Counted from the stretch's first letter, positions 37,822 to 47,943 are shown. The stretch is 64,000 bases of DNA from Candidatus Uhrbacteria bacterium (GCA_016188475.1 JACPHT010000006.1:2330-66329), one strand, 5' to 3'. The notes: generated by a model not told the origin, from the letters alone. Numbers and translations: made by a program.

Positions 37822-38229
37822 ATGCCAGTATATATTCTCATTATCTTTATTGGTTTCGCTGGATTCTTACTTTCTCATTATATTGCTCACAAAAAACGAA
37901 GAAAAGACGAACACTTTATTTGTCCGCTTCGCGCAAGTTGCACTGAAGTGGTTCATAGTGATTATTCTAGATTTTTAGGAATTCATGTTGAATATCTTGG
38001 GATGATTTATTATGGATTTATAGCGGTTGGTTACGGATTGCTCGCGTCTTCGTTTAATTTTGCTCTATTTGCAACAGCTCTTTTTTCTGTTTCAACTTTG
38101 GCTTTTCTATTTTCGGTCTATTTAACCTTTGTTCAGATATTTATTCTGAAAAAGTTCTGTACTTGGTGTTTGATTTCAGCATTTTTTTGTTTGATTATCT
38201 TTTTGATTTCAGTCTTTTCACTTGTGTAA
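37822..38229 (+). CDS. vitamin K epoxide reductase (VKOR) family membrane protein
   Basis: Four TM segments and a CTWC (CxxC) motif in the last helix. Confidence 0.55.
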   Translation: MPVYILIIFIGFAGFLLSHYIAHKKRRKDEHFICPLRASCTEVVHSDYSRFLGIHVEYLGMIYYGFIAVGYGLLASSFNFALFATALFSVSTLAFLFSVYLTFVQIFILKKFCTWCLISAFFCLIIFLISVFSLV

Positions 38230-38277
38230 AACCAGCCGTTCACAACCGGTTTGAGGTTGTGTTATACTGGCGCAACT

Positions 38278-38868
38278 ATGAAAAAGGCATTTTGTATTTT
38301 ATTTTTTACTTTGGCACTTTTTGGCTTTGGATGCGCGAACAAAATAGACACAGTTAAAGATGAGAATGCGCCAAAAGAGATCAATCGTGAACAAATACTC
38401 ACTCAAGCAAAACGAGACGGTTTAATTATGGATGATAATGAGATTGAAAAAATGTCTGATGTTTCTGTTTTACAAACAACAAATGGAAAAAATCAGACGT
38501 CTTTCGCGCAGTACATTAAAAAAGATTTTGCGGGTTGGAATTCAGCGGCGCTTGCTGATGTCACTAGTGGTGGAAGTTTTGGACTCGCATTTTCAACATT
38601 TGAAACAGGTTCTTATACGCTTGTCGTAAAAATGGGAAATTTACCAGAACTTTCCGAAGGCTCACACTATGAAGGTTGGGTAGTGAAACGTGGAAATGAA
38701 ATGCGTGTTATAAGTGTTGGGCAAGCAATAAAAAATGAAGATCAGTTTGTAATAGTTTTTAAGTCGCCGGAAGATTTAACAGCGTACGATTTTTTTGTTC
38801 TTACGCTTGAATCAAACGAAACAGATCCATCTCCTTCAAGCCACATATTAGAAGGGACATTTAGATAG
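38278..38868 (+). CDS. secreted lipoprotein
   Basis: Signal peptide with lipobox ALFGFGC. Start set at MKKAF. Confidence 0.4.
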   Translation: MKKAFCILFFTLALFGFGCANKIDTVKDENAPKEINREQILTQAKRDGLIMDDNEIEKMSDVSVLQTTNGKNQTSFAQYIKKDFAGWNSAALADVTSGGSFGLAFSTFETGSYTLVVKMGNLPELSEGSHYEGWVVKRGNEMRVISVGQAIKNEDQFVIVFKSPEDLTAYDFFVLTLESNETDPSPSSHILEGTFR

Positions 38869-38910
38869 AAATGGACAATCAATGTTGTCATCTTGAGCGA
38901 AGGTAAAGTT

Positions 38911-38937
38911 ACAGCCTTCGACTGGCTCAGGCAATAA
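38911..38937. repeat. intergenic palindromic element family 1 (IPE-1), half-site copy
   Basis: ACAGCCTTCGACTGGCTCAGGCAATAA, the reverse complement of the TTATTGCCTGAGCC(T/A)GTCGAAGGCTGT consensus. Confidence 0.6.
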
Positions 38938-38975
38938 CTTTACCGAAGTCGAAAGATCTCGTATATAATGACAAT

Positions 38976-40541
38976 GTGCTCAAACGACTTATAATTTTTT
39001 TATTTTTTGTTGCAGTTCCGTTTGTCACTTCTGCAGCCGAAGAAGCAGAGTTTTTGTCTCCAAAAATTTCAGGAGTTAACTCATCTGTTGTTTGCCCGAC
39101 TGAAGATAATTGTCAGGCGGTTTTTTTAATCAAGGGGAAAAATTTTCTAAACAGCAACGGAAGACCGCTTGTGAACATTGCAGACGAATGGGTTGAAGTT
39201 GTGCGAGCTTCAGATACACAAATTGTTGCGCTTGCTGAACCTGAATTTGTTGGCAAGGTTCCGATGGTTATTGTTGATAAAACATTGCATCGTCCGACAA
39301 TGTCATCAACGGACGGCGTACTAGTAAAAATGTTCGACGAGTCAGTTGATGTAGCGCTTGAAGTGATTGGTCAAACATCAGACGGTTCACGATATATCAC
39401 AGCCGGGCCTCGTTACACAGAACCGCTTCGAGTTTATTATCGCGATAGTTACTGGACTTCTGGAATGATTCTTCTTATCGAGCCGGCGGTTGTTCGCGAT
39501 CAAATTTTGTTGCTTGCGCGAGGAATTGAAAAAGATGGTTCAACACCAAGCGCGATTCCGGTTGATCCAAAAGGAATGACAATGCCGCTTTGGAAAGATC
39601 ATTACGATTCTGGTCCATATTTCATCATGATGGTTTATGATTATGTGAGATGGACCGGTGACACATCAATTCTGGATGAACATGTTGGTGAAAGAACAAT
39701 TCTTGCGACAATGGAAGATGTGCTGTCACATCTTGAAACTCGTGATACAAATAAAAACCTTTTGCCTGAAAAGCCGGCAAATTCATTTCAAGATTGGCTT
39801 GATAATGTTCCGCGTGGTGGGGAAGTGTTGTATGACGAAGTTTTGTATTATCGAGCGCTTCGAAACATGACAGAGCTGGCCGAGTTGGTTGGCAAAACCG
39901 CTCATGCAACAGTTTTTCATCGTCACTCGCTTCTTGTTAGATATCAAATCAACAACACTCTTTGGAATGACGCGAGGGGATATTATTATGAACGTTGCGA
40001 AAATGGAAAATGCGAAGACCGTTTGACAAACGAAATGTCGCTTGCTGTTTTGTATGACGTTGTTTGGCCTGAAAATCGAGAACGTTTGCTAAAAAATTTG
40101 GAGCAGTTGGAAACGAGATATAATTCAAGTTTACTTTATGGTGATTGGGGGGTTGTAAATGTTTTTCCCGCTTACACTTCAACAAAAGCATATTTTTATC
40201 AAAACATGACTGACTGGCCGTTTTTGGACGGTATAAACGCTGGAGCAAGATTGAAATATGGAATCGGCGATTGGTATTATCCGATGACAAATTGGTGGAA
40301 GTTTTTTAATGTTCACAGCGACAAAATTGAAAAGTTGCCGGAGTATGTTTCGCCGATTGATTTTTCAGGTGGAGTTTCTCAAGCATGGTCAGTAAATCCG
40401 ATTGTTTCGTTTGTTCGCTATGGACTTGGAATTGATCCAGCAATAGACGGAACATACACGATTCGACCATCTCCGATCGGTCAGGTTGATTTGAAAAATT
40501 TATCTGTTCGCGGACAAAGAATTTCAGTGAGCGCGAAATAG
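38976..40541 (+). CDS. secreted six-hairpin glycoside-hydrolase-like protein (GH63/GDE/trehalase-like)
   Basis: Signal peptide and N-terminal Ig-like region. Family assignment is by general composition only and is weak. Confidence 0.4.
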   Translation: MLKRLIIFLFFVAVPFVTSAAEEAEFLSPKISGVNSSVVCPTEDNCQAVFLIKGKNFLNSNGRPLVNIADEWVEVVRASDTQIVALAEPEFVGKVPMVIVDKTLHRPTMSSTDGVLVKMFDESVDVALEVIGQTSDGSRYITAGPRYTEPLRVYYRDSYWTSGMILLIEPAVVRDQILLLARGIEKDGSTPSAIPVDPKGMTMPLWKDHYDSGPYFIMMVYDYVRWTGDTSILDEHVGERTILATMEDVLSHLETRDTNKNLLPEKPANSFQDWLDNVPRGGEVLYDEVLYYRALRNMTELAELVGKTAHATVFHRHSLLVRYQINNTLWNDARGYYYERCENGKCEDRLTNEMSLAVLYDVVWPENRERLLKNLEQLETRYNSSLLYGDWGVVNVFPAYTSTKAYFYQNMTDWPFLDGINAGARLKYGIGDWYYPMTNWWKFFNVHSDKIEKLPEYVSPIDFSGGVSQAWSVNPIVSFVRYGLGIDPAIDGTYTIRPSPIGQVDLKNLSVRGQRISVSAK

Positions 40542-40645
40542 TTATTGCCTGAGCCTGCTTGCCGACCATAGCCTCTGGCGAAGGTTGGTCGAAGGCTGTA
40601 ACGCATTGTGAATAGTTATTGCCTGAGCTTGTCGAAGGCCGTACG
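40541..40645. repeat. IPE-1, two tandem copies
   Basis: GTTATTGCCTGAGCCTG...GTCGAAGGCTGTAA at 40541-40599, then AGTTATTGCCTGAGCTTGTCGAAGGCCGTA at 40614-40645. Confidence 0.65.
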
Positions 40646-40657
40646 AACTAATAAAAA

Positions 40658-40688
40658 ACGACTGCCTATTTGGCAGCCGCTTTTTTTA
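40658..40688 (+). terminator. rho-independent terminator (cgactgcc-tattt-ggcagccg + T7)
   Basis: Imperfect stem followed by a T-run, downstream of the glycosidase-like gene. Confidence 0.4.
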
Positions 40689-40837
40689 TACGAATCGCTT
40701 TTTGCTTTCGATTGCTAGCGAGTTGAATCTTTCGATCCTTTTTCCATTGTGTGCGAACTTGTTTTCTTTTGCCTGGCATAGAGTAAAAAAGTGATGAAGT
40801 GATGGAGTAAAGGAGTTAGTTTGTAGCCCACGGCTTT

Positions 40838-40886
40838 TCCGGCCTAAAGGCTGGATCCGGCTCCGCCGGAAGCCGTGGCTGTGTGA
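40838..40886. repeat. intergenic palindromic element family 2 (IPE-2: CCGGCCTAAAGGCCGGATCCGGCTCCGCCGGAA)
   Basis: cacggcttttccggcctaaaggctggatccggctccgccggaagccgtg. Related copies at 46751-46790 and 57571-57607. Confidence 0.55.
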
Positions 40887-40972
40887 AAAGATAATACTTG
40901 ATCGTTCGCTTACCGTCAAATTTAGCAAAAAGATAAGTCAATTTTATATTATTTCTCTGCTCAAATCAACAA

Positions 40973-41130
40973 TTGATCGTCCGTTTCCTCCGTTCGTCGA
41001 CATTCGCAGACGGCCAGTATAGACGTTTGGTAATCATCATCGTTTCTCGCCGTCGAGAAATAAGCCGCCGACGCTTACGTTGGTTTTCATCAACGTCCAC
41101 GGCGGCGGTCAAGAACGGAGGAACCGGACG
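40973..41130. repeat. ~160-nt highly structured element at the edge of GC-rich island A, containing a conserved 75-nt motif
   Basis: Outer arms gatcgtccgtttcctccgttc (40973-40993) and gaacggaggaaccggacgatc (41110-41130) are reverse complements with one mismatch. Inner hairpins tttctcgccgtcgagaaa and gccgccgacg...cgtccacggcggcgg. The core at 41049-41120 recurs at 54955-55030. Confidence 0.5.
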
Positions 41131-41191
41131 ATCATAAATAAAATGAACCTCCGCTGACAGTGTGTCAGACAGAGGTTCGAGAGCGACAGGG

Positions 41192-41479
41192 CTACTCAGC
41201 GAGTTTTGCGTCGTAGCCAGGACAACTGGCGTTCCGGTGGTAGATCGAGTCACACCACTCATTGTGTTCGGCGAGCTGTTTCGCTAGCACCTCGGGCGGG
41301 ACGATCACTTGTCCGTGCTTCGGACATCCCACGTTCTGGTGGTAGATCTGGTCACACCACGCCAGATGGGACACCTCGTCCAACTCTTCGTCAGTCGGGG
41401 TTGTCGAAATCTTTCCACACGCGAGAACCACGACCAGCACCATCAGAAGTGCCAGGACAAGATTCATCATTCCCTTCAT
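41192..41479 (-). CDS. small Cys-rich lipoprotein with an internal duplication (GC-rich island A)
   Basis: Lipobox LVVVLAC. Duplicated WCDQIYHQNVGCP / WCDSIYHRNASCP. Confidence 0.4.
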   Translation of the reverse strand: MKGMMNLVLALLMVLVVVLACGKISTTPTDEELDEVSHLAWCDQIYHQNVGCPKHGQVIVPPEVLAKQLAEHNEWCDSIYHRNASCPGYDAKLAE

Positions 41480-41595
41480 CTTTTGGCCCTCCTTTTGAGC
41501 CTAACTTACCGTCAAATAGTACCACATTTTAGCACTTTTGTCAAGGATTTGAAAGAAAAAACTCTCCGCACAAAAGTATTGTTTGGAGAGCGAGA

Positions 41596-42978
41596 TTATT
41601 CATCGGATACTGGAAAGATCGTTGAAAGCATGATTATTGTCTGCCGGAGATTTTCCGGAGGTACGTTTGCGAATTCAGCGATGGCATTTATGAAAAGAGC
41701 ACGATATTCCGACGGTATTTGCACGATAGATGCCGCGACTTTGAGCGTTGAAGCCACCCATGGGTATTCGTCAGTTACCAGCCGTATGTCGCTCTGACCA
41801 ATCTCTTGACCCGACACACTTGTGGCATCTGCACCATCATCATCCACTTCAACGTCAGTCTCGGCTTCGGACCCAGTTTCGAATTCTGTCTCCTCGTTCT
41901 CTTCGTCGCCATCTGGTGCTGGCTTGGCTTGATCGCCAGCTTCGCCGTCTTGGGTGTTGTGGGTTTCGTCCTCTTTCGGTCTTATCCTCTTTTCATTAGG
42001 ACCATATTCACTCATGTCTCTGGTCCACTTGTTCCCTGCGATCAGGCCTTCGTCAACCATACTTTTGAATAACTGCCGTGCGTAGAATGGAGTGCTTACA
42101 CCTATAATTTTTGCAAGTTCTCCTGCATCATTGAGGTCAAACTCGTATTTGAGTTTCTCTTCCGTTGTATCCCCGGGAGTGTTCTTCCATGCTGTACCAA
42201 GCCGTGTCCAATATCCAGAACGATGGACTGTTGCATTTTGTGAATCCCTTTTTTTATCTTTTCTTTCTGTTGGTGCTGGTGGTGCACTAGCCTCTGATCT
42301 TAAAAGGTCTATCGCCTTTTGCAGTAGCTTGTAGCGGGTCTCGCCGCCATCGCTCGTGCGCTCAAACCAACCTCTTCTGGAAGCATTATTCAAACGATAG
42401 ATTGCATCGATCCGTGTGGTCACTTTTTCAGAATTTGAGTTGATAATCCTAGCGATGACTCGTTCTTCTTCGGCCCAACCTGCTTCATCAGCGCATTTCT
42501 TTATTGCCGAGGCCAGCTCAATTTGCACAGCATTGGATTTTTCTCTCATGTTCGGTTCCCCTTTCCCCAGTTTAGACGGTTGTTCATCCGGTTGAGTATT
42601 TTCATTTGGTGGATCATCAACTGGCGGTGTTTCTTCATCTGGCTCTGATCCGGATTCTTGTTCAGACGCTGGCTCTTGAGCTGGTTCTGATTCTTGCGTT
42701 TGTTCATGCGCTCGCTCTGGAGGTGGCGGCGGCGTAGGTTTGCGCTTTACCGAAGGCGAGGCTTCTTCCGACATCTCGTCAAGTCCATCTGCTGAAATTG
42801 CAAACTCGATTCTATTACGTCTGCCTTGCGGACAACGCCAGCACGCCGTTCTGCGTTTTTCAAATGCATTGGCATCACAGTAATCATCAATGCATTTTTG
42901 CATAGATTGCTGTTTTCTTCTCGCTCTACAATAGAAATTGTTCTCAAGAACGCTTGGCCCGTCTGGCACGGTCTGCAT
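41596..42978 (-). CDS. hypothetical protein with N-terminal Cys cluster, acidic Pro-rich linkers and two wHTH-like regions (GC-rich island A)
   Basis: CIDDYCDANAFEKRRTACWRC (CxxxC...CxxC) and a long D/E/P-rich low-complexity stretch. No recognised family. Confidence 0.45.
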   Translation of the reverse strand: MQTVPDGPSVLENNFYCRARRKQQSMQKCIDDYCDANAFEKRRTACWRCPQGRRNRIEFAISADGLDEMSEEASPSVKRKPTPPPPPERAHEQTQESEPAQEPASEQESGSEPDEETPPVDDPPNENTQPDEQPSKLGKGEPNMREKSNAVQIELASAIKKCADEAGWAEEERVIARIINSNSEKVTTRIDAIYRLNNASRRGWFERTSDGGETRYKLLQKAIDLLRSEASAPPAPTERKDKKRDSQNATVHRSGYWTRLGTAWKNTPGDTTEEKLKYEFDLNDAGELAKIIGVSTPFYARQLFKSMVDEGLIAGNKWTRDMSEYGPNEKRIRPKEDETHNTQDGEAGDQAKPAPDGDEENEETEFETGSEAETDVEVDDDGADATSVSGQEIGQSDIRLVTDEYPWVASTLKVAASIVQIPSEYRALFINAIAEFANVPPENLRQTIIMLSTIFPVSDE

Positions 42979-43096
42979 GCATACATCCTTTCCAATGGTA
43001 TTGCTGACCTATGAGTTGATGTAAGGAACGAACATTATTTGAAACTAGCATCCTATACGGTTTATTGTCAATGTCACTCCATCGCTTCTTCACTCT

Positions 43097-43546
43097 GTGC
43101 TATACTTTCCTTGTATGTTTGATATTGCCAGTCTTCTTTTTTCAGATTCAAGCGTAGTTTTGTTTGGCGCCACACTTTTTGTATTCGGCGCCATACTTTG
43201 TTTAACGCTTTTGCTTAAACAAAATCCAAAACCAGTTCGAACGCTTATTGTTCTTCTTATAATTTTGTTTTTTCTTTTGCTTGGAATGGTAAGTTTGGAT
43301 TTGTTCGGAAGACGCACAGTGTATGCGTTTGAAAATTACGCGTCGTTTTCAGAACTTTTATCAACTCATCGCTTGCTTATTATTCAGCTTCCGTTTGTTT
43401 TGATCGTAAGCTCTATCGTTACATTGATCGTGTACGGCGAAAAAATTGCAAACGATCACGCGAAGGAATATCGCTATGCAATTATTGCTTCTGTTTGGAT
43501 CACGTTTTTAACGTTTTTGTTAATCGGTCTTGAATCAATGTTATAA
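43097..43546 (+). CDS. integral membrane protein
   Basis: Four hydrophobic helices. Confidence 0.4.
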   Translation: MLYFPCMFDIASLLFSDSSVVLFGATLFVFGAILCLTLLLKQNPKPVRTLIVLLIILFFLLLGMVSLDLFGRRTVYAFENYASFSELLSTHRLLIIQLPFVLIVSSIVTLIVYGEKIANDHAKEYRYAIIASVWITFLTFLLIGLESML

Positions 43547-43551
43547 AAATC

Positions 43552-43615
43552 GTTATTGCCTGAGCCTGTCGAAGGCTGTATTCAATTTTATCCATTCGAT
43601 GAGCTCACGGAATAA
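43552..43615. repeat. IPE-1 copy (imperfect palindrome)
   Basis: GTTATTGCCTGAGCCTGTCGAAGGCTGTA, followed by the degenerate inverted half CCATTCGATGAGCTCACGGAATAA. Confidence 0.65.
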
Positions 43616-43626
43616 AATTTATTTAT

Positions 43627-43983
43627 ATGAAACTTTTTGAACGATTTCGAAATCGAATTCACGAGTCAATCGCGCTTGGTGCGTTCATGTCCGCGGCTCT
43701 GACTTTACAAATCGCTTGGATCAGCAATCTTCTTGTTCATCGAAGTGAAACCGTACGCGATCTTTTTAACATTTTGCCTTCCATTGGTCCTATCTCTGGA
43801 TTATATTTCAAAACAATTATCGCATACGTATTTTTATTCGGTTTGTCAGTTTTATTTTTCAAAGGCCGCGATTGTTCTGTTTGGCGCGGTCGAGTTTTTG
43901 GATTTTTTTATATCTCCATCGTCATGTTTTTTGTACTAACGATGCCGGTTGTTTACGAATTTTCAGTGAGTGTTAGCGAATAG
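43627..43983 (+). CDS. integral membrane protein
   Basis: Three hydrophobic helices. Confidence 0.4.
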   Translation: MKLFERFRNRIHESIALGAFMSAALTLQIAWISNLLVHRSETVRDLFNILPSIGPISGLYFKTIIAYVFLFGLSVLFFKGRDCSVWRGRVFGFFYISIVMFFVLTMPVVYEFSVSVSE

Positions 43984-44079
43984 TGGATGTGGTGAATTTG
44001 TTTATCACACTTAACTACCGATCGGTAGTTAAGTGTGATTCCTTGTATTTTTTTTCAGGATCGGTTAAGTTTTCAGTCT

Positions 44080-45543
44080 ATGGATATTTCAGTTAAAAAA
44101 GGGAAAATTTTTGAACAAATTTGCGATGTTTTGATTCTTTTCATTTTTCAGGGTTCAGAGCATTCAGACGATTTCATTTCAACAGTTCTTAAAGAGGAAA
44201 AGTTCAAAGGCAAACTTTGCCAGTCTGTTTTAATTCGAACCGATGGTAAACTTCCAGCAAAACGAGTTTTGGTTGTTGGACTTGGAAAAAAAGAAGAGTT
44301 TGATCTTCAAGCTTTGCGACGCGCTTCTGCTGCTGCATATTTGACTGCAAAAGCGATTGAACCAAAAACAATAGCATTAGAGTTTTTTAGCGCGCCAAAT
44401 TTTAACGCAAAACAAGTTGCACAAGCGGTTGTTGAAAGCATCCGTCTTTCTGATTACAGTTTTACAAAATACAAAAAAGAAAATGGAAACGGAAAAAATA
44501 AAACGCAAAGTTTTGTTTTTGTTACAGACGATGGACGAATACTTCGACAAGCACAGCAAGGAATTGAACACGGAGAACTTGCGGCGCGCGCAACAATTTT
44601 TACACGCGATCTTGTTAACACTCCAGCGCAAGATATGCGTCCGATTGATCTTGTTGAATCTGCAAAATCAATCGCAAAAGGGAATGGCGCGATTCGTGTT
44701 CGTGTGTTTGATAAAGCTCAACTTGAAAAAATGGGAGCTGGAGGAATTTTGGGAATTGCAAAAGGCTCTGATGATCCGCCGTATTTAGTTCATTTAACAT
44801 ATCGTCCAAAGAAAAAAACAAAAAAGAAAATTGCGATTGTTGGAAAGGGAATAACGTTTGACTCTGGTGGTTTGTCTCTCAAACCAGCAGCCAGCATGTT
44901 TACAATGAAAATTGACATGGCAGGCGCGGCTGATGTTTTAGGTTTGTTTTCCGTGATAGATGAGATCGCGCCAGCAGTAGAAGTTCATGGAATTTTTGCC
45001 GCAGTTGAACACATGCCGTCAGGGTGCGCTGTTCGTCCTGGTGATATTTTGCGCGCTATGAACGGAAAAACAATGGAGATATTAAATACAGACGCGGAAG
45101 GTCGCGTGATTTTGGCTGATTCGCTTTTGTATGCTGTTAAACAAAAACCAGACATGATTATTGATCTAGCTACTTTGACTGGCGCTTGCATGGTTGCGCT
45201 TGGAGATGAAATTACAGGTGTTTTATCAAACGACGCAAAACTCGCGAATCGTGTTTTGACTGCCGCGGCTGGAGCCGAAGAAAAAATGTGGGAACTTCCT
45301 CTTGAAAAAAATTACAAACAATTTTTAAAATCAGATGTTGCTGATTTGAAAAATATCGGTGGAAAGTATGGAGATGTTATTTCAGCCGGTTTGTTTTTAG
45401 AAGAGTTTGTGAATAAAACTCCTTGGGCACATTTGGATATTGCTGGTCCATGTTTTGCAGAACGTGATTTTGATGAATATACAAAAAAAGGCGCGACCGG
45501 TCACGGTGTACGCACCTTGATTGAATTTTTGAAAGCGTTCTAG
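44080..45543 (+). CDS. pepA: leucyl aminopeptidase (M17 family)
   Basis: VGKGITFDSGG and NTDAEGRV(IL)ADSL signature motifs. Start set at MDISV. Confidence 0.85.
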   Translation: MDISVKKGKIFEQICDVLILFIFQGSEHSDDFISTVLKEEKFKGKLCQSVLIRTDGKLPAKRVLVVGLGKKEEFDLQALRRASAAAYLTAKAIEPKTIALEFFSAPNFNAKQVAQAVVESIRLSDYSFTKYKKENGNGKNKTQSFVFVTDDGRILRQAQQGIEHGELAARATIFTRDLVNTPAQDMRPIDLVESAKSIAKGNGAIRVRVFDKAQLEKMGAGGILGIAKGSDDPPYLVHLTYRPKKKTKKKIAIVGKGITFDSGGLSLKPAASMFTMKIDMAGAADVLGLFSVIDEIAPAVEVHGIFAAVEHMPSGCAVRPGDILRAMNGKTMEILNTDAEGRVILADSLLYAVKQKPDMIIDLATLTGACMVALGDEITGVLSNDAKLANRVLTAAAGAEEKMWELPLEKNYKQFLKSDVADLKNIGGKYGDVISAGLFLEEFVNKTPWAHLDIAGPCFAERDFDEYTKKGATGHGVRTLIEFLKAF

Positions 45544-46073
45544 TCATTTTGACTTTTTCCGAGTGTTTTTTCTCCGGCTTTCCATTCCAAAGGACATCGT
45601 TCGCCTGTTTGAAGTGCCTGAAGTACACGAAGTGTTTCAGTTACTGATCGTCCAATTCCAGGGTCTTGATACAACGCATATCGCAAAATACAGTCAGGAT
45701 CAATAATGAAAGTTCCGCGAAGGGCAATGCCATTGTCTTCCAGTAAAACTCCATAGTCGCGCGAAATCGTTCGAGTGATATCCGAAAAAAGTGGATATTT
45801 CAACTCACCCAAATCTTTGAGCCATGCTTTGTGTGAATAAACAGAGTCTGTTGATCCGCCAAGCACATCAGCGTTCAATTGTTTGAATTCGTCGTATCGC
45901 GCAGAAAAGCCAGTGATTTCTGTTGGACACACGAACGTGAAATCAAGCGGATAGAAAAATAAAACCAGCCATTTGTTTTTGTAATCATTCGAGCCAACTT
46001 TGATAAATTCTCCGTTGCCGCTGACAGCTTCAGCTTGAAAATGTGGCGCGACTTTTCCGATAAAATTATTCAT
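45540..46073 (-). CDS. peroxiredoxin (2-Cys Prx/AhpC-like)
   Basis: FTFVCPTEI peroxidatic-Cys motif. 177 aa. Confidence 0.85.
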   Translation of the reverse strand: MNNFIGKVAPHFQAEAVSGNGEFIKVGSNDYKNKWLVLFFYPLDFTFVCPTEITGFSARYDEFKQLNADVLGGSTDSVYSHKAWLKDLGELKYPLFSDITRTISRDYGVLLEDNGIALRGTFIIDPDCILRYALYQDPGIGRSVTETLRVLQALQTGERCPLEWKAGEKTLGKSQND

Positions 46074-46693
46074 AATGATATATTTTTGACTTTTTCAAAA
46101 ATTTGATTCGCCATATCCCAATTAAAGTTTTTCCAAAAGTCTGCGATGTAAGCCGCGCGATCTGAACCGTAATCAATAAAATAAGCGTGTTCGTAAACGT
46201 CCAACACGATAATCGGGATGCATCCCCATATTCCTCCTTGGTTGTGCGCGTCAGCTCCGTAGATTTTCAGTCGTCCAATGTGAGTATCCCACGCAAGAAC
46301 AACCCAGCCTCGCATTGCCATGCCAGTTGCTGAAAATATCGTCGTGAATTTTCCAAGCGATCCGTATTTTTCAACGATCGCATCAACAAGAACACCTTTC
46401 GCTTCGCCTGTTCCACCAAGTCCATCAAAATAATGTTCATGCAGATAAACCCCGTTTGTCGCAAAAGTTTCTCCGTCTTTCAAACCTCGTAATTGAGAGT
46501 ATGTTTGATTCGCTGTTTCCAATCCTGTCCCAGACGCGATCATTTCTTTCAATTGCTCCGCGATCTCTTTCATTTTTTTCACATATCCGACATAAAGCTT
46601 GTCATGATGAATTTCAATTGTCTTTTTTGAAATCCCGGTTAAATCTTTTGTAAAAGGAAGCGGCTTTGGTTCGTATTGTGTTTGGGAAGGCAT
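46070..46693 (-). CDS. Fe/Mn superoxide dismutase
   Basis: HHDKLYVGY and DVYEHAYFIDY motifs. Start set at MPSQTQ; the longer track ORF extends into the repeat region. Confidence 0.85.
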   Translation of the reverse strand: MPSQTQYEPKPLPFTKDLTGISKKTIEIHHDKLYVGYVKKMKEIAEQLKEMIASGTGLETANQTYSQLRGLKDGETFATNGVYLHEHYFDGLGGTGEAKGVLVDAIVEKYGSLGKFTTIFSATGMAMRGWVVLAWDTHIGRLKIYGADAHNQGGIWGCIPIIVLDVYEHAYFIDYGSDRAAYIADFWKNFNWDMANQIFEKVKNISL

Positions 46694-46705
46694 AAATCGA
46701 AAACA

Positions 46706-46966
46706 AGAAGTTAGAGAAGTTAAAGAAGCTGAAGAAGTTGTAGTGGAAGTCTTTTCCAGCCTAAAGGCCGGATCCGGCTCTGCCGGAAACCTTTCAGAAT
46801 AAGGAAATGGAAAAAATTGTTGACAACTTTTCACAGGGGTGAAAAAACGTCAACACTTCAGACCGAGCTTCAACTTTATATGTCGCTATGTTGTAGAAGA
46901 AGGTTTTTCCTTGTAAAAGTTAGAGAAGTTAGAGAAGCTGGAGAAGTTAGAGAAGCTGGAGAGGCT
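46706..46966. repeat. repeat-rich intergenic region: tandem AGTTAGAGAAGCT-like 13-mers flanking an IPE-2 copy
   Basis: aagaagttagagaagttaaagaagctgaagaagttg at 46706-46745. IPE-2 at 46751-46790. agttagagaagttagagaagctggagaagttagagaagctggagagg at 46916-46965. Confidence 0.5.
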
Positions 46967-47008
46967 TGTGGTAGCTGTCTGAATCCTACGGTACAATAAT
47001 AACACTTT

Positions 47009-47929
47009 ATGAATCGTCTTCAAATGATTAGTGGAATTTTAAGCATTGTTATTATTGGAAGTATTATTGTTTATTTTCAATATCGTTTTTATCGTACGCC
47101 AATCGCGTCAACTCAAGACCAAGCTGTTTTAGTTTCTGGAGGTTCGTTAAAAGACGGTATTCCTTCAATTGACGAACCGAAGTTTGAATCTGTTTCAGTT
47201 GCTGATCAATATCTTGATGATAAAGGTTATGGACTTTTTGTTTCATTAAACGGCAAACAACGATTTTATCCATATCAAATTCTTGTTTGGCATGAAGTTG
47301 TGAATGATGTGTTTGGAAAAACTCCAATTTTGATTTCATATTGTGCATTGTGTTTTTCTGGAAGCGCTTATGACCGGACAGTAAACGGAGTTGTTGTTCA
47401 ATTTGGTGTGTCTGGAAAACTCATGGACAATCATCCTGTTTTGTATAACAAACAAACAGATGAACTTTTAACTCCGCCTTTTGAAACACAACTAAAACCT
47501 GTTTTATCACTTGTAATGACCTGGGCGAATTTCAAAAATAATTTTCCAAACGGACAGGTTTTGTCGCGCGAAACAGAATTTGTGCGAGACTACACTGCAG
47601 ATCCGTACAAAAATTATGACACAAACAATGCTGTCTTATTTCCTGTTAGTCATCAAGACGATCGCTTGTCCGTGAAAACAGTTGTGTTTGGATATATAAA
47701 CGATCAAACGCAAAAAGCATATCCACTTGACTTGATTAAATCAGCCGGAACAGTTAATGATGTAGTTGGAAATGAAGAAGTCGTAATTTTTTGGGATGAG
47801 AAGCTTGAAACAGTTCGTGGATTTTCTAAACAAGATGGAAAAGAAGAGCCTATAATTTTGCGAAGTTTTTATTGGTTTAGTTGGGCAACGTTTCATCCAA
47901 AAACAGAACTTCTAGAAATTAATGAATAA
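47009..47929 (+). CDS. conserved hypothetical exported protein (DUF3179-like)
   Basis: N-terminal TM segment and a WHEVVND...SYCALC region. Family call is from memory and is weak. Confidence 0.4.
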   Translation: MNRLQMISGILSIVIIGSIIVYFQYRFYRTPIASTQDQAVLVSGGSLKDGIPSIDEPKFESVSVADQYLDDKGYGLFVSLNGKQRFYPYQILVWHEVVNDVFGKTPILISYCALCFSGSAYDRTVNGVVVQFGVSGKLMDNHPVLYNKQTDELLTPPFETQLKPVLSLVMTWANFKNNFPNGQVLSRETEFVRDYTADPYKNYDTNNAVLFPVSHQDDRLSVKTVVFGYINDQTQKAYPLDLIKSAGTVNDVVGNEEVVIFWDEKLETVRGFSKQDGKEEPIILRSFYWFSWATFHPKTELLEINE

Positions 47930-47943
47930 AAATTTTTCCTATT

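Noticed and set aside
46694-46834. N-terminal 47-aa extension of the SOD ORF
   Set aside because: It is translated from the tandem 13-mer repeat region (low-complexity TSTTTSSASLTSLTS). The conserved SOD alignment begins at MPSQTQ.
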